Of a stretch of 64,000 nucleotides of DNA, positions 20,065-34,700 are shown piece after piece. The translations under genes were made by a program, and so were the position numbers. The stretch spans positions 12,181-76,180 of IMG/VR virus record IMGVR_UViG_2690315653_000003; one strand, written 5' to 3'. The notes below the pieces were generated by a model. It was not told the origin of the DNA, searched no databases, and saw only the letters and a program-made list of their open reading frames with translations. Position 1 is the stretch's first letter; each line of letters opens with the position of its first letter. The stretch is from a virus. Its lineage: Duplodnaviria > Caudoviricetes.

Positions 20065-22752
20065 ATGGCAAATTTTTTAGAACAACCACGCCAGTTTAAC
20101 CCATATATTCAACAAATTCCCATGGATATTTATGCCACTGTGGGAATGCAACGGCAACAGCAGTACGAACAGGGAGTCCAAAAAGTTAATAGCTACCTGG
20201 ATTCCTTATCAGGATTAAATATTGCCAGGCAGGTAGATTCAGATTATCTGCAGGGAAGAATTGGTGAATTAGCAGAAAAGGTAAACAAGGTCGCTTCTGC
20301 TGACTGGTCGGGCAGGGGCATTGTTAATCAGGTTGGAAAACTTGCCGGTATCGTTGCAAATGATCCGGTAATAAAGAATGCGGTGATCGGTACCCAGAAA
20401 TACCTCAAAGACGAAAGTGACATCGCAGAAGCAAAGAAAAATGGTAAATGGGCACCGGAAAACGAATGGCTTTTGAGAAGAGAGATGTCTTCCTGGATGA
20501 ATGCTCCACAACCTGGAGTCAGCTACCAAACCGGCGGCTACAAACCCTATGAAGACGTGGCTGCTGAAGTTATTAAATCCTGGAAAGATGCCAAACCCAA
20601 CTCTACACTCGTGCAGCGACCCAACGGTGATTTCTACGCTTATGAAACTGTTAATAATGAAACGGTTGGCAAAGATGGACGCACTTTGATAGAAACGAGC
20701 GTAAAAGAATTACGTCCTGACCAGATTGCAGATCAGATAAATGGTCTGCTTACCGGGGGACAGCGCGAGCAGCTGGCTTTCTCCGGATTATATCAACATA
20801 GAAATATTAATTCTCCAGATGATCTTAACAAACTTATTGATGGACATTTTAAAACGACTGAAGGCACTTATCAGCGGCTGTTGGATAATGAAAACCTTGA
20901 AATGTCTTTACAGGCGGGCAACGCAGGAAAGATTGCAGAAATAAAAGAACGGATTGCCGCCATTGAAAAGAAGAGATCAGAGCTTTCCGGCTCGAAAAAA
21001 TCCTATAAAGAAGCAGCGCTCACCAATCCCGATGGGATTAAAAGTTCTATATACTATGAGTCCTGGTTAGGAGGTGTGAGTAATATGCTGGGCTTTTCGG
21101 AAACATCCACAAAGGTGGTTGACAATCCCAGCTACAAAGCAATGTTTGAAGAGTTCAAAGTATGGGCTGATTTACAAAAGGCGCAGATGGCTGCCACTGT
21201 AAGTATGGCACATAAATCTTCTGCTAAAAGCAAAAAAAGTGATGATGAAGAAGGCGGTGGATGGTCTCCTGTCACTGCCACTGTACTTCCCTTAAGCGAA
21301 AAAGACAGACGGGGTATTACCCTTGATAGTTTTAGAGGCAGACTTCAATCCGTTGGTGACCAGATGGATCAGAGCATGATGGGGCTTCTCTATAGAAAAT
21401 TCGGAGAGTCCTATGTTAACAGAACGGTCAAAGATCTTAATGGCGATGGTATTACTGAAGATGTTTATTCGATAAAGAAGGGTAGCGAAGGAGCTGCGAT
21501 TCGCGCCCAGGCGGAGTGGTGGGATGCTTACCGGAAGGGAGATCCTGGGCTTGATATTACCATAAAGGAAACACTAAAAGATGCAGATGAGAAAAGACTG
21601 GTTTCCACAAAGCTGGCAAAGGTTTTAAATGATGTGGAGGGCAAAGCCGATAATTATGTAAGGACAACGAGTCAGTTTCAGGCATATAAAAATGCTGAAA
21701 ACCGATTTAATTCTCAGCCTGCTGTTCAGATATATGGTAGTATGATATCTCCTGGAGATCTGAAAGCCTATGAATCCTTAAGAATTTCAACCTCCATATC
21801 GACCCCCTCTCTTGGAATAGGATCTCCTGGTGGAACATATACGCCGGCTCCTGATGCTAAAACTCTTGCCCAGTATGGTTTGACACCGGAAAAATACAAT
21901 GCTATTCTGAAAGCGGAAGGTAGTGATGACACGCCTGAAGGAGCTCATCTTTCTTCACTTAGAAATTTATACCAGCAGACAATTAAGCCACTTTCCAGGG
22001 TAAATGCTGATAAAGCGGCATATATAAAGGATGAGATAAAAAAGTACGCAGGTATTTTTAATGAAGTCGCCCTCACTCTTCCCAGCGCTAAACCTGATGA
22101 GCTTAGGCCCATAGCCAATTTTGTAAGTACCCTCGCAGCAAATGCCAGAGAAACAGAAATGGGAGGGGCCACCAACTGGAAAAAAGTAAGGGAGATGATT
22201 AATGGTGATCACCTTAAAGAAACTGCTTATTCCTACGTTCAGGACAAAGATGGTAATGTACGCCTTAGGATAAGTAATCCGGATGTTGATAAAAACAATC
22301 CCCAGGAAATTGTTGTAGATTCTCAGACTGCCAGAATAAATAATTTCTCCGTCCCCGACTTCCTGTCCTCTACCAGGTCCCTGCTGGAACTGGGTGAAAA
22401 TATCCGTACCGGAAACTCCTTTGAAGAAAGTATCCCTACATCCAATGAACTCACTGGCCGCTACCAGGTTCGCCATGAGGTTGAAAATTTTAACGGAAGA
22501 TATAAGGTTAAGTTATACATATCTGATCCCCAAAACAAAGAGATAAATGCCAGAGAAGTTCCCATCAACAACGTTTTATTTTCTGATTGGAACCAACTGA
22601 CAGCGTTTTTGAAAAATGATGTTACAGAAAGGTTCATTACCTCTCTGCTCGCCCCTGCACAAAGTAGTCCGGCAGGGACTTCCGGTTACAATTTCCAGAA
22701 TAACTTTTTTTCTACCAACCCCCTCATACCAGGTTATAACCCGACACGGTAA
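20065..22752 (+). CDS. virion cargo/ejection protein
   Basis: 895 aa, helical N-terminus 'FNPYIQQIP...QQQYEQG'; directly upstream of the vRNAP gene as in crAss-like phages. Confidence 0.65.
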   Translation: MANFLEQPRQFNPYIQQIPMDIYATVGMQRQQQYEQGVQKVNSYLDSLSGLNIARQVDSDYLQGRIGELAEKVNKVASADWSGRGIVNQVGKLAGIVANDPVIKNAVIGTQKYLKDESDIAEAKKNGKWAPENEWLLRREMSSWMNAPQPGVSYQTGGYKPYEDVAAEVIKSWKDAKPNSTLVQRPNGDFYAYETVNNETVGKDGRTLIETSVKELRPDQIADQINGLLTGGQREQLAFSGLYQHRNINSPDDLNKLIDGHFKTTEGTYQRLLDNENLEMSLQAGNAGKIAEIKERIAAIEKKRSELSGSKKSYKEAALTNPDGIKSSIYYESWLGGVSNMLGFSETSTKVVDNPSYKAMFEEFKVWADLQKAQMAATVSMAHKSSAKSKKSDDEEGGGWSPVTATVLPLSEKDRRGITLDSFRGRLQSVGDQMDQSMMGLLYRKFGESYVNRTVKDLNGDGITEDVYSIKKGSEGAAIRAQAEWWDAYRKGDPGLDITIKETLKDADEKRLVSTKLAKVLNDVEGKADNYVRTTSQFQAYKNAENRFNSQPAVQIYGSMISPGDLKAYESLRISTSISTPSLGIGSPGGTYTPAPDAKTLAQYGLTPEKYNAILKAEGSDDTPEGAHLSSLRNLYQQTIKPLSRVNADKAAYIKDEIKKYAGIFNEVALTLPSAKPDELRPIANFVSTLAANARETEMGGATNWKKVREMINGDHLKETAYSYVQDKDGNVRLRISNPDVDKNNPQEIVVDSQTARINNFSVPDFLSSTRSLLELGENIRTGNSFEESIPTSNELTGRYQVRHEVENFNGRYKVKLYISDPQNKEINAREVPINNVLFSDWNQLTAFLKNDVTERFITSLLAPAQSSPAGTSGYNFQNNFFSTNPLIPGYNPTR

Positions 22753-22757
22753 ATATC

Positions 22758-25700
22758 ATGATAGATAAGAATGTACTTCAAGGTAGCAGCGACCTTTCGC
22801 TGCTTCAGTCCAATTATGTTAACGGAGATCCAACTACCGATTATGCAAACAGCGTTTTAAATAAGTATAAACCCTCTACAAAGGCTTCTACCGGGTTAAC
22901 TCCATTTTCCGGAGGGACGACTCCTGCCACTCAGGTGCCTACAGGTTCTGATGGTGCCCGTTATCCATACTATTCCCCTTTTGTTCCCAGTAACGAAGAC
23001 TTATACGCATCTTATCAATCCTGGTACTCTAAAGCCGGCAATGGAATAATGAAAGGTGCCGGACTTGCGGGGACAACATTTTTAAATGGTACTGCAGGTC
23101 TTATTGTTGGTATTGGTAGCGCGGTATCAGATGGAAAAATGTCTAGTTTTTATGATAATGAATTTACCCGCTCACTGGACGATATCAATAAGTACATGGA
23201 GGATCGCCTCCCCAATTATTATACTACAAAGGAGCAAAATGCGGACTGGTATTCCCCTTCCAATTTATTTACTGCTAATTTCCTGTTCGATAAGGTTATC
23301 AAAAATCTTGGATTCTCCGTTGGAGCCATCGGAGCAGGCTTAACTTATGGGGCGGCGCTAAGGTCGCTGGGGTTATTTTCCAAAGTTGCTTCCGCAGGCG
23401 GGCTTGCCAGAGCGGCAGAACTAAGTGAGCAAATGGCTTCCGCCGTACCCCAAATGCAACAGGGTGCAGCTGCCACTAACAGTATTCGGGTAGCAGCCGG
23501 AGAGTTTCTTTCAGGGTTTAATACACTTAATACTGCACAACGAGCTGTGGTCTCAGGTCTTTCAACCATTGGAGAGGCTAATTTCGAGGCGCTTTTGCAA
23601 TTAAATGATTACCGCCGCGAGCTGATTTCCAATTATGTAACAGAGAATGGGGTAAGACCTACCGGCAAGGATCTGGACCAGATCAATCAATATGCAGAAA
23701 AAGCGGGTAATACCATATTTGCACTCAATGTTCCCCTCTTAACAGCAACTAATTACATTCAACTACCCAAAATATTAGGGTCTTCCTATCAGGCAGAGAA
23801 AAGTATCTTTTCTTCAGGTGTCAGGAATGCGAGCGCTGTAGCTTTTGATAAAGAGGCAGGCAAGTTTACCTCTACCATTGCTCAAAAAGGATTTGGGAAA
23901 ATGCTAAATCGGGCTAAAAATGTTGCTGGGTTGTTTTTTGCCCCATCAGAAGCATTTGAGGAATTAAGCCAGACCTCATTTAATTTCGGAGTTGAAAATT
24001 ATTATAATAAAGCCAGGCAGGGAAAAGATACAGACTTCTTCTCAGATCTGCTGGGAGAGGGCTACCGGCAGGGGATTACTACCAAAGAGGGATTGGAGTC
24101 TGCTTTGATTGGAGGTCTCAGCGGTGGTATTTTTGAGTTAAGACATCAAATCAAAGAACGTGGATTTACCGGTTATGGTGGCAGCCAGGCCGCCACTAAT
24201 AAGGCGGCCATCAATTTATTCAATAATAAACTTTTCTCTGGCTTCCTTTCAGATACCCGTGACGCTGTAGACCGTGGTGGTATTATCCAGATGCAGCGAA
24301 TGGAAGCTATTCGCAGAGGCGATTTTCTTGAAGCTAAAGAGCTTCAGACTGATTTTACGCTCAATTATCTGGCCCCCAGGATAAAATATGGTCGTTTTGA
24401 CCTGGTAAAAGATGATATCTCCACCTACCGTCAGCTGGCTTCTACTCCCGAAGGACTCAGGCAGTTAAAAGATCAGGGTATCATCGCTGATGATACTACC
24501 AGTGAGCAGTTACTTTCCCGTATCAGCAATATGGAAACCCATGCTGATAATGTGAACCATTTATACCAATCCTTAAATATCCGGTACAGTGGACAAAAGG
24601 ATAAAGATGGAAAGCGTATTTATCCAGATGAAGTTATCGACAAAATGGTTTATGCTGCAGCAAAGGTGAGTGATTATGACATGAGGGTACCAGCTTTATC
24701 TTCCAGTCTGATAGATGCCAGCATCAACGTTCAGCCTATCCTTGATGAAATGGCACAGAGCGATCATCCCTCGGAGGCTACTATCCGTCCTGCTATAGAG
24801 CAGATTAAGAACCTGAATATATTAGCTGATAAGAAAGATGATATACGCGCCGATCTGAGAGATCTTGTTGAACTGACGATGAGAAGAAAACAGTTTCTGA
24901 AGGAATATGACAGCTTGAAAAATAAACCGGAAGAATATATCACTAAGAAATATGGGCCTGTAGTTACTCAAAACGGGGATACTGAAATTATTATTCCTCA
25001 GGTAGATCAGGATGGCAAAAGTTATGATTATAAGGTTAAAACAGGTAGTAAGTACGGTACTTCCACTACTTACCAGCGAAATGGGAATGCTTTTGTTGTA
25101 AATCCTGAGTTAAATATTGTCGAGACCAATCCACTTGGAGAAATACGAACAACTCTACCTGACGGGCAGACAAAGTTTTTATTTCCGGCAGAAATGTCTG
25201 GTTATAAGTTATCAGATCCTCTCACTGAAATTGAAGCGCAAGTCCTGGAATCAAAAATGAATGATGCTATCGATCAGACGGTAAAACTTCCGGCATTCGA
25301 TCATTTAGAGCAGGAAATGAAAAATAAGACACTTGCCGAAAAGCTTGACATTATTAATTTTCTTGACGATAAACAGCTGGCAGATGAGCTGGAGAAAGCA
25401 TTTGGCATCATTAACAGCGATTTTGAAAATACACGAAAGAGTATTCAAAAGTTAACTGAGGACCCAGTTGTGAGTACTCAGGTAGACAAAGGTTTTGCAG
25501 AAGCAGACGGGCTTGCCGGTACAACGCAGACTACTGATCCTGCGGAAGATAAAGAAATCATAGATCAGGTAAATGAAGATCAGGGAGCAAAAAAACATAT
25601 CACTACCTTATTTCGCTCATCAACATCAGAAAATTCAGCCATTTCCGGTGTCGGAGAAAATGATGACTTTCATCGCAGGGCAAATAAGTTATTAAATAAT

Positions 25701-28700
25701 ATCGACGATATAACAGATAAAGAAAACATCCGTGTTGCAGTTGTAACTTTTGCTAATCAGAAGCAGCTTGGCCTAGAGGGGTTAATTCCTGATAAAGTAC
25801 CCGGCTCCACGACTTCTTCGGCTGATATTAATGAAGGTATTATCAGGCTTGTATTTATTCGTTCCACATCTGCCGGAGACTATTTTGTAGACCAGGGTGG
25901 AAATAACATGGAAAAAGTGGGTACAAAACCAGACTTTAATAAGCTGGTATACACCACAATGCCCAGTACTTCGCTTACCTGGAAAAACTATGAATTACGA
26001 TATATATCAACTGGGAAAAGGGCTTCTACTCCTGCCCAGGCAGGGACTTATCAGGATGCCTACAGGATTAAAAGAACTTCCTTATTATCCAGGGCAACCG
26101 GCTATGAAGTATTTCCGTTCTCTGTATCGAAAGGATTTGCATCTTATGATAAAACCGGTAACTCATATGCTGTTACGGAGTCTCTTGTTCCGACCAGGGA
26201 GCTCAGTAATAAATTACTAATAATTCCAACGCAGCAAACAGAAGAAGTAAATGGTAAAAAAGCGGGTAGCATCATTCATAATGATCAGACCATTTATTTA
26301 CCATTAGGTAGGCCCATTCTTCAGCGCGGAGCAACCCTTGTTCCTCTTAATAACAGAAAACTTACCGGCAAAGAAAAGCAGGTTATAAAAAAGCTGATCG
26401 TAAAACTAGCTGATGGAGCCTCTAAAGGCACTGTCGATAAGGCAATTCTTAATTATTTTCAAGGTCTTTTATATTGGAAAAAGCCCAGTGATACCAAAGC
26501 TGCCACCAAAGGGCAGATATGGTATAGTAAAGGTTACCTGTATCTGGGGAGTAGTACAAATAAAACCCCATTTCTGCCCCAATTGCTTTCCTCTTCGCCG
26601 CAGCTGGAAAAGTTCCTGGACGATGTTTATGTAAGTGCCAATAATTTTCTGCTTACTCAGCGCTTTTCTCAGCCATTTAATGAAATCGTTGATATTGATA
26701 GCCAGGATAATCCAGTACAAGTCCAGTGGAAGAGCTATCAGCACTTTCTGCTATCGGGTTCATATATTACCACCGTAGATGATACTTCGGGTTTAGCCGG
26801 AACTGCAAGAGCTACTGACCAGATACCTTTCACAACTGATATTGCACCTGTTGCTGCTACATCTGATAAGTATGCTGCTACTTTTCAGGGAAGATATGTT
26901 ACGCTCCAGAATTTTGACATATTCCCCCACACAGCTACTCAGCAGGCGGGTACTACAACGTCTGCAACCGTTACTCCCCTTGCTCAGCAAAGTCCTCCTC
27001 CTGGAGAAAGTATTACTCCAGTGGCTGAAACCGCAGATTTTGAACCTATAATAAAAGCAGGTGATTTTGTACTTGATGGGGTCACGCTGAACCTGATTTC
27101 CTTTGAGGGTAAAAAACTGGCGAGCGTGGCGGCAACTTTTTCCGCTGAAGGTGTGCAGTTTACCGATTATAAACACTTGCGGAAAAAAGCGCTTACAGAA
27201 GACTTTAAGGCAAGCGTTCTACAAATTGCTACTGTTCAAATTAACCAGGCAGTACTTGCCGAAATCGAGAAACGTACCTCTGCAGCTGAACAATTAACTG
27301 TTAGCCCCGAAAGTAATGCTCCTTCCCCTGCTGTTGCCCCTATAGCGCAAACAGCAGATTTAAATGCCACGGAAGCAACTAATACAGGCCCGCAGGCGGA
27401 AAGTAATGTGTCTGGTAAAACTGCTGAAGAGATTTTTAAAAACCTGCGTCCAAACAGATCAGGAAATGACATCGCTGGTGGTCAGTACAGGATTATCAGC
27501 CATCTTCCTAGCTCCAGGGAGAATATTCCGGCGTTCAAAGACTATTTAAGTAAAGTGCTGCCGGCAGTACCGCTTCGCGTAGTAGACAACCTTATATCCA
27601 CAACAGATGGAGGATACGCATGGGGTGTTTTCCGGGATAATGCTATCTACCTGTATGAAGGGGCTGAAATAGGTACCGGTTATCACGAGGCATTTGAGGC
27701 AGTATATGGTATGTTTTTATCCTCCAGACAACAGCAGGAGATTATAAAGGAATTTAAAAAACGATCCGGATCATTTATAGACAGGGTTAGTAGTAATCAA
27801 GTTTCCTATAATAAAGCAACTGATCACCAGGCCAAGGAACAAATTGCTGAAGAATTCAGAGAATTTAATCTTAGCGGAACACTTCCAGAGAGGCCGGCAG
27901 CCGATGGTTTTTTCAAGCGGCTTTTAAATTTTATTAAATCAGTTCTGCTTGGAAAGGCAGCAAGTATGCGAGAGATATTTTCCAGAATTAATGAGGGTTA
28001 TTATTCCCGCATGACTCCTCCCTATGCCAATAGGGTCTCAGCAGAGCAGTACAGCAGGTTTATTCCCGGATTAAATACCAGATTTATTCAACAGGTGATG
28101 GAAGGGATGACATCGATGGTATTTGAAGAGTTGTTTTCAGAAAACAGAAGTCTGGTGGAGTTTGATGAATATCATCTTTCGGTTTCCGATCTCTATAAAA
28201 AGGTTTATGACCGGATGCAGGTGTATTTTGATACTTCGCTCCCTGAGGGTTTGTTGGCAGATATTGAAGATGCTAAACTAGATCAGAAAGAAGCTGAAAA
28301 AACGATAGCGCTTTATACTGACTTTTATAATAAAACCTGGCTACCCATAAGTAACAACTGGCAAAAGCTTTTGCAGATTAATGAATCTTTCCTGAAGCCT
28401 TTTAATCTGATTTTTGAAACTGATCTGAACCAGGAAGAACTGGAGGCCGCTATCAATAATCCAGGTAAAAACCAGCGTGATTATGAGCGAGACATCTTAA
28501 AAATCAGTGCGCGAAAGAATGCCGCATCTTCTATAAAATTATTATTTGCTACCCTCACTCAGGTAGAAGATGACGGTTATAATTCGGCAAAACAGGATGT
28601 GCTGATTGCGCCAGCAAAAAAACTCTCCTCTATCAAACTCCCACAGCTCGTCAATTATGCTAGAACCTTCAACAGGATGCTATATGAGGTCGTAGGGTCT

Positions 28701-31700
28701 ATCTCCCCAAGCGATATGATATCGAAGATTAAAGGGCTGGCCAGAAAAGATAAAACCTACATACGGCTATATAATCGACTCAAAACGGGGACTGGTTATG
28801 ATAATCTTTCACTTTATGACTGGAAATTATTAATCAAACTGTATAGCGTCTCTGCCAAACAAAGACCTGACTTTTTCATCCAGATTCAGGATGAGGGAGG
28901 CCGGACTTATCTTGCCGGTGCAAATGAAAACCGGCAGACCAGCCAGGTAATAAGCTCATGGCTAAATAACCTGAAAGCCAATGCCGGCAATGACAAACTA
29001 ATTTATGTAGATACTAATAGATACAGGGTTAATCCAAAAAAATTAGCTCCATTTACCGAAGCTGTAAAGCAGCCATCAGGTAAAATATCATTTTTAAATT
29101 CCCTGGGTATTGATTTTACCAGTCAGGCTTATGACTTACTTTCCGATAAGGATAAAAGGAAATTTAATGATGCTACCCAGCGGTTATTTAACCAGCTATT
29201 AAAGACTGCCGATATCGCCACCCTTTCGGGTAGATCCTTAGGGATTACAGGTGCACTTACAAAACTGGCAGAGGTTTATGTAAAAGCAAATGGAGAAAGT
29301 GCTGAAAGCCAGCATTTTAATATTGATGGTGAACCTGTCCAAAATCTGCTTTTGCACAATTATGTATCCACCATATTAAATGATCTGAATTATTATCCGA
29401 CAAAATCTGACCTGGTAAATGCTTTACCGCATCTTTCAGATTCTTTTTCTACTGGTTCCTTACTTCTGGAAAACGGTGGTGTATTGTTTGACGATGACGG
29501 TAACCGAAGGCCAGATCCTATTAATATTTCTATCATAGAGGGAATGAAACCAGTAGGTCCCCGGGCAGGAACCTCCACGGAAAAATTAAGCCTTTCAGGA
29601 AGACGTCTGCAGGAGTTTAACCAGAATTTGAATGGTATTTATTATGTGTTGCTACCAGCAGATTCCCGGACTGAATGGAGTTTGAATCTTGATAAGTTTC
29701 ATTATATCCCTTATTCGGATTTATCCAATCCTGGAGTCCTATCAAATAAAGTCTTCCGGATTTTTGGTGGATATCTTCAGGCGGAAATGGAGCTGGTATC
29801 AAAATTTAAAGATCGCTCTCACATCAAAAATATTAGGAAACAGGGAACCGATCTCCGGTTTTTTAAGGGGATCTTAGGCCAGGATCTACATGCCAAAGCT
29901 ATTGCTGCTATTAATACTGGCTATGATCACAAAACATGGATTAGTGATAACCGCACAGCCATCGGCCAGCAGATTAAAGAATGGTTTGATAAGCGGGAAG
30001 ATGAATTATTTAATTACTTCAGGGATTATGAAGTGATAAAGCCTGAAAATGAAAACCTGTATACATTCTCCGGGCTTGATAGTGATTTTAAGGATGACAA
30101 TAAGATACCTGAAAAATTGACTGAAGCTGAAATCCGTTCTATTATTCGGTTCCGCACGTTGAACTACAGTATTCAGAATACAGAATTTCACAAGATATTT
30201 TTCGGAGACCCTGCTTTATATTCAGATCCGACCAAAAGAATCAAATCTTTCCTATCCGGAAGAGAGACTACTTATCATTCGGATCCTTATTTTAATACGT
30301 TTGCCAACAACCGATTGAATGCCACTTCGTTATCCGATGATAGGATTATGCTAAAGCTATCAGATCCTGGTTACTGGGAGTTTAAGGACTATATGGTCAC
30401 TGCAACCGTGGCAGATATTGAGATCGTAGGGTCGTTGGCATTAGATCATTCTATTCCAGAAAACTTAAGAGCTGCATATGAGAATGCCAACGAAGCCGAC
30501 GCTCAAAGTTGGATAACGCTACCGGCCTATCGTGAATTGTTGCTAAAAAGTGGCGGTAGGTGGACGGATGCGATGGAGCGACAGTATCAGTATGAGATGG
30601 CCTATGAAAGACTGGGCAGATCCAAAACTAATGGATTCTCCTATGAAAACAGGGGAGACTTGAGAAAACACGATGAAGATCTTGTTAAAAAGGGTAATCC
30701 GCAGTCAGGTATTTTTCATGTTATAAAACCGATTGGAACTGGCGTAAAAGCAGGAGCTGCGTTTGCCGATATCTTTTTAGATAAAACTTCTGCTATGCCT
30801 ATATATTATAGGATGTCAGAGGGTAGAGGTCTGGGCAAACTCTATGGTAAAATGAGCGCCGCAGGTATTTCCTATGCAATTATGGAAAGTGGCCGTAAAG
30901 TAGGTGCTGAATTCCTGAATCCTGTTTACCAGACAAACGGCGATTTTAATCCGGAGCCATTTTCTGGCAACGTGAATGTTCCATTTAAGTACTTTGGAAT
31001 ACAGCTGGAAACAGCCGGCACAAAACATAAACAGACCAGGGGAACCCAACTGACAAAGCTTGCCATCATTAATTTACTTGCATCCGGCATCCCTCAGGAT
31101 ATTTCCATGGATGCAGCTGCGTGGAATAAACTTTCAGAAACCGAAAAGATACAGCTATCTCCTTCCTATAAGTTAATCTCAGCTAACATTGCCATATTGA
31201 AGGCGATGGCTGATAAAGGCTATCAGCAGGTACTGGACCAACTGGGAATTTCGGAGACAGAAAATGGCTTTCACATTGCCGATAAAAAACTTGTGGCAGC
31301 TTTTATTTCCCGAGAGGCGGAAGCCAGGGACTTACCTGATAATTTCAAGAGTGCTATCGGAATAGATGCAGAGACGGGGGACTTTAAAATTTCATTAGAG
31401 GCAATCAGTAATTACAGGGCAGTAAAATCTATTATTTATTCTATCGTAGATAAAAAGTTATTGTCGCCTAAAATGCCTGGTGGGCCAAAGGTGCAGGTAA
31501 GTTCTGCTCTTTTTGAACGCAATAATCGCCAGGCGGTGTATAAGCCGGCAGGAGCCAAAACAGCTAATTGGGAAAGGGTCACAGATTTTGATAAACTAAC
31601 CGACCAGGAGAAAAGTTCCGTCAGACTTACTTCCAGCGATTTAAAGTTCTATACCAGAGACGCCCCTTATATAGAAGTATATATGCCTCACTGGTTTCGG

Positions 31701-34700
31701 GAGAAACTACTTGAAAGGGGATCTGGTAAAACTGACCAGGAGTTAATAGATTATCTGAACTCAAAAGGTTCTGATTTGCTTACTGGTATTGGATTTCGTA
31801 TTCCTACCCAGGAACTTAACTCCGTTGAGCATATAAAAATTAAAGGTTTTTTACCCCAGGAGATGGGCGATACAATTATAGTCCCCTCCGAAATCGTACT
31901 CAAAGCCGGCAGTGACTTTGACATTGATAAGCTGAATACTTATTTAAAAAACTTTTACATCGGTAAAAACGGATTCCCTGAACCGATATCTTTTGTGCAT
32001 GCTGATACCCAGACTGACGAAGGACTTAAGGTTTTGTATAATCATATCTTTGGAACTACCGAAAACATCCTACGCATTGCTCATCGGCAGCTTGCCGAGC
32101 AGGCGGAAAGAGGACAACTAAAGGCGCAAAACAAAATAGGGTTTTCAGAGGAGCATTCCAGATTAATAGAGAGTGTATTTTCCAGCCTGGCAGAACAGTT
32201 AAAAGAAGCAGGAATTAATGAAAAGTCTTACCAGCGTGCAATTGAAAAATATATACCCTTTGATAAGTTTTCCAGCATGGTCTCAGGTAAAAATATTTAC
32301 CAGATTTATTCCATGTTTGATTCCGCTGCTCTGGAAAATGAATATATAAGGACACTTCAGCAGTTATTATCCCTGCCCGAAAATTTTGAAAGGCTTATAC
32401 AGCCTAACAGTGCCGATGAGTTGGTAGCTCTTCGGGGGGAACTCAACCAGGCGCTAGGTATAGGTGCTGAGGAAACAAAAGGAAATTTTTCATTACTGCT
32501 GGATCCATTTTATATGTCACAAACCAGGCATAATTTTCTGAGTGGAAAGGATGGAGTAGGTATTGCAGCACTTCAGCAAACCAATACTGCCTTAAGCCAA
32601 CTAGCCGGAATTGTCCTTGATCACAGAAATTTTAATAACAAACTTTCCAATGCAGAAAAATCAGTTGTCAAAAATATAACCGTTCAGTTGCCTCATAATA
32701 CCGTGAGTGTGGATGGTGAGGAATTTATCAGTATTTCGGCCATTAAGGATACTATTGGAAAATATATTTCAGATAAGATCAGCTCGTACATAAATGGTTA
32801 TGTAGACGTGGCAAAAGATCCCTTTATCATTGAACTTGGGGCCAGTCTCAATGTTGCCAGCACATACATGTTCCTGGAAAAAATCGGGGTGCCGACCAGG
32901 GATGTGATCTTTTTTATGAACCAACCCATCATTAAGGATTATTTGAGATTGCTTTCCATCAAAGGTTTTAATACTGTTTTTTCTGAAAAGACAATCAGGT
33001 ACATTAATCAGGCAAAAGGTTTGTATCCTACCGGAAAAGTTGCTGTCGGCGCAATTGACACCAGCAATTTAAAAACCTTTATTGAGAAAAAAAGTAGAGG
33101 GAAGAAGTTCTCAGATATTGAAAATGGTATTCAGCAGCAAATACTCGATGAATTTCTAAAATACTCGGTCTTTTCAGGTCACCTTTTTAAATTAACGCAA
33201 GGTAGTAATTACGACACCGATTATTTTAGTGACGCTTCCCTGGTCTTTAGAAAGCAGACTTTCACCAGACAGGCAAGAGAAGGGAATCTTTTTAATAGCA
33301 TTGATAAATTACTGGATAAGTCTTTTATTGGCACCATTGCCCAGTATCTGGGAAAAGTTAAATCAGCTTTAGGAGAAATATTTCTTTTTGACAGGCCATC
33401 TACCATGCAGGGTTTTGAGCAAATTCTATCCTATTATTTGCCTAAAGATGGAGCAGTGTCAGAAGATGATTTTCTCACTATCGCTTCAAAACTCCAGAGC
33501 AGTTTCCTGGACTTTATCACTCAACTGGCTTCAGAAAACAGTCTGAATACAAAAATTCAGGATCTGTTACTCGGACAGGATGCCGTGGCAGCAGAACTGG
33601 TGGCCTTTAAAAAAGCAATTCCAGCCGGGAGTGATCTTTCCGAAAACACAATACTTAAGTTACTGGAACCTGTTTACGATGATGCTTCCACCATTGAGCC
33701 ACAAAATGTTAAGCTGACTGAGAAAGCATATGATAGCTATACTTCCAATCTTTACACGGAAGCCATGCGTGAGCTCAGAGACAACGTGCATTCTGCAGGT
33801 CTGTATAAACGACTGATCTTGTTATCGCTGGTGCAATCAGGATCGAGAAGATCTCCAATATCATTTACAGATATTATTCCTGTAGAGGACTACGCGCCGA
33901 TAGTGACTCGCGCCCTCGAAAATTTAAGCAAAGGTAACTTTATCCGTGATTTTGTTTCCAGCTTTGCATTCCAGCGAGTTCATTATTGGGATGAGCGCGT
34001 TGTCCCCACTGTTGAACCAAAGGAAATATCTACCTACTACGGCTCATTTACCCCTCTTTATGAGGTGCCAACACGACTTTACAAGAATTTAAGCATAGTA
34101 GATGGATCTTACCAATTTATCCAGCTAAGTACTCATTTCCAGTCCAGAGAAAGTAATTACCCGGTTGTAAAGATCAGGCAGATAGCCATTAACCCGGTAA
34201 CGAAAGCACCATACACTCCTGTAGAACAAGCACAGATGAGGAAGAACGGTGATTATTCCTTTTTTTCTATTAAGCTTTTTCAGAAAGTAATGATGGAGGA
34301 TACAAATGGAAATGACGTTGCACTCTCATATGATGATGATCAGGTGAAGCGACCTGGCGCAAAATTTTACATTTACAAACAGATCAATGCCTGGGGAAAA
34401 CCAGGACTTGTGCTGGAATATTATGATCACCCTCGCGTCTCTGTACTGCCTTCCAACCAAAAAATAGATGAATTTTCTGATGCCCAGGTTATCGGTGCTT
34501 TTCAAAACAGGGATGAAAAGATGCTGCAGTTAAATGATTCTAATGTAGATACAACCATCCCATCAAAAGCAGGAAAGCAAACGCTCGATAAAGTTTACAA
34601 TTTCCTTGAAAAAATCGGGGTACAAATAAAGGATGTTAATCAGATCGTTGTAAATGGAAAACGGATAGATGCCAGTGCAGTAGCCGATATTTTGAATAAA

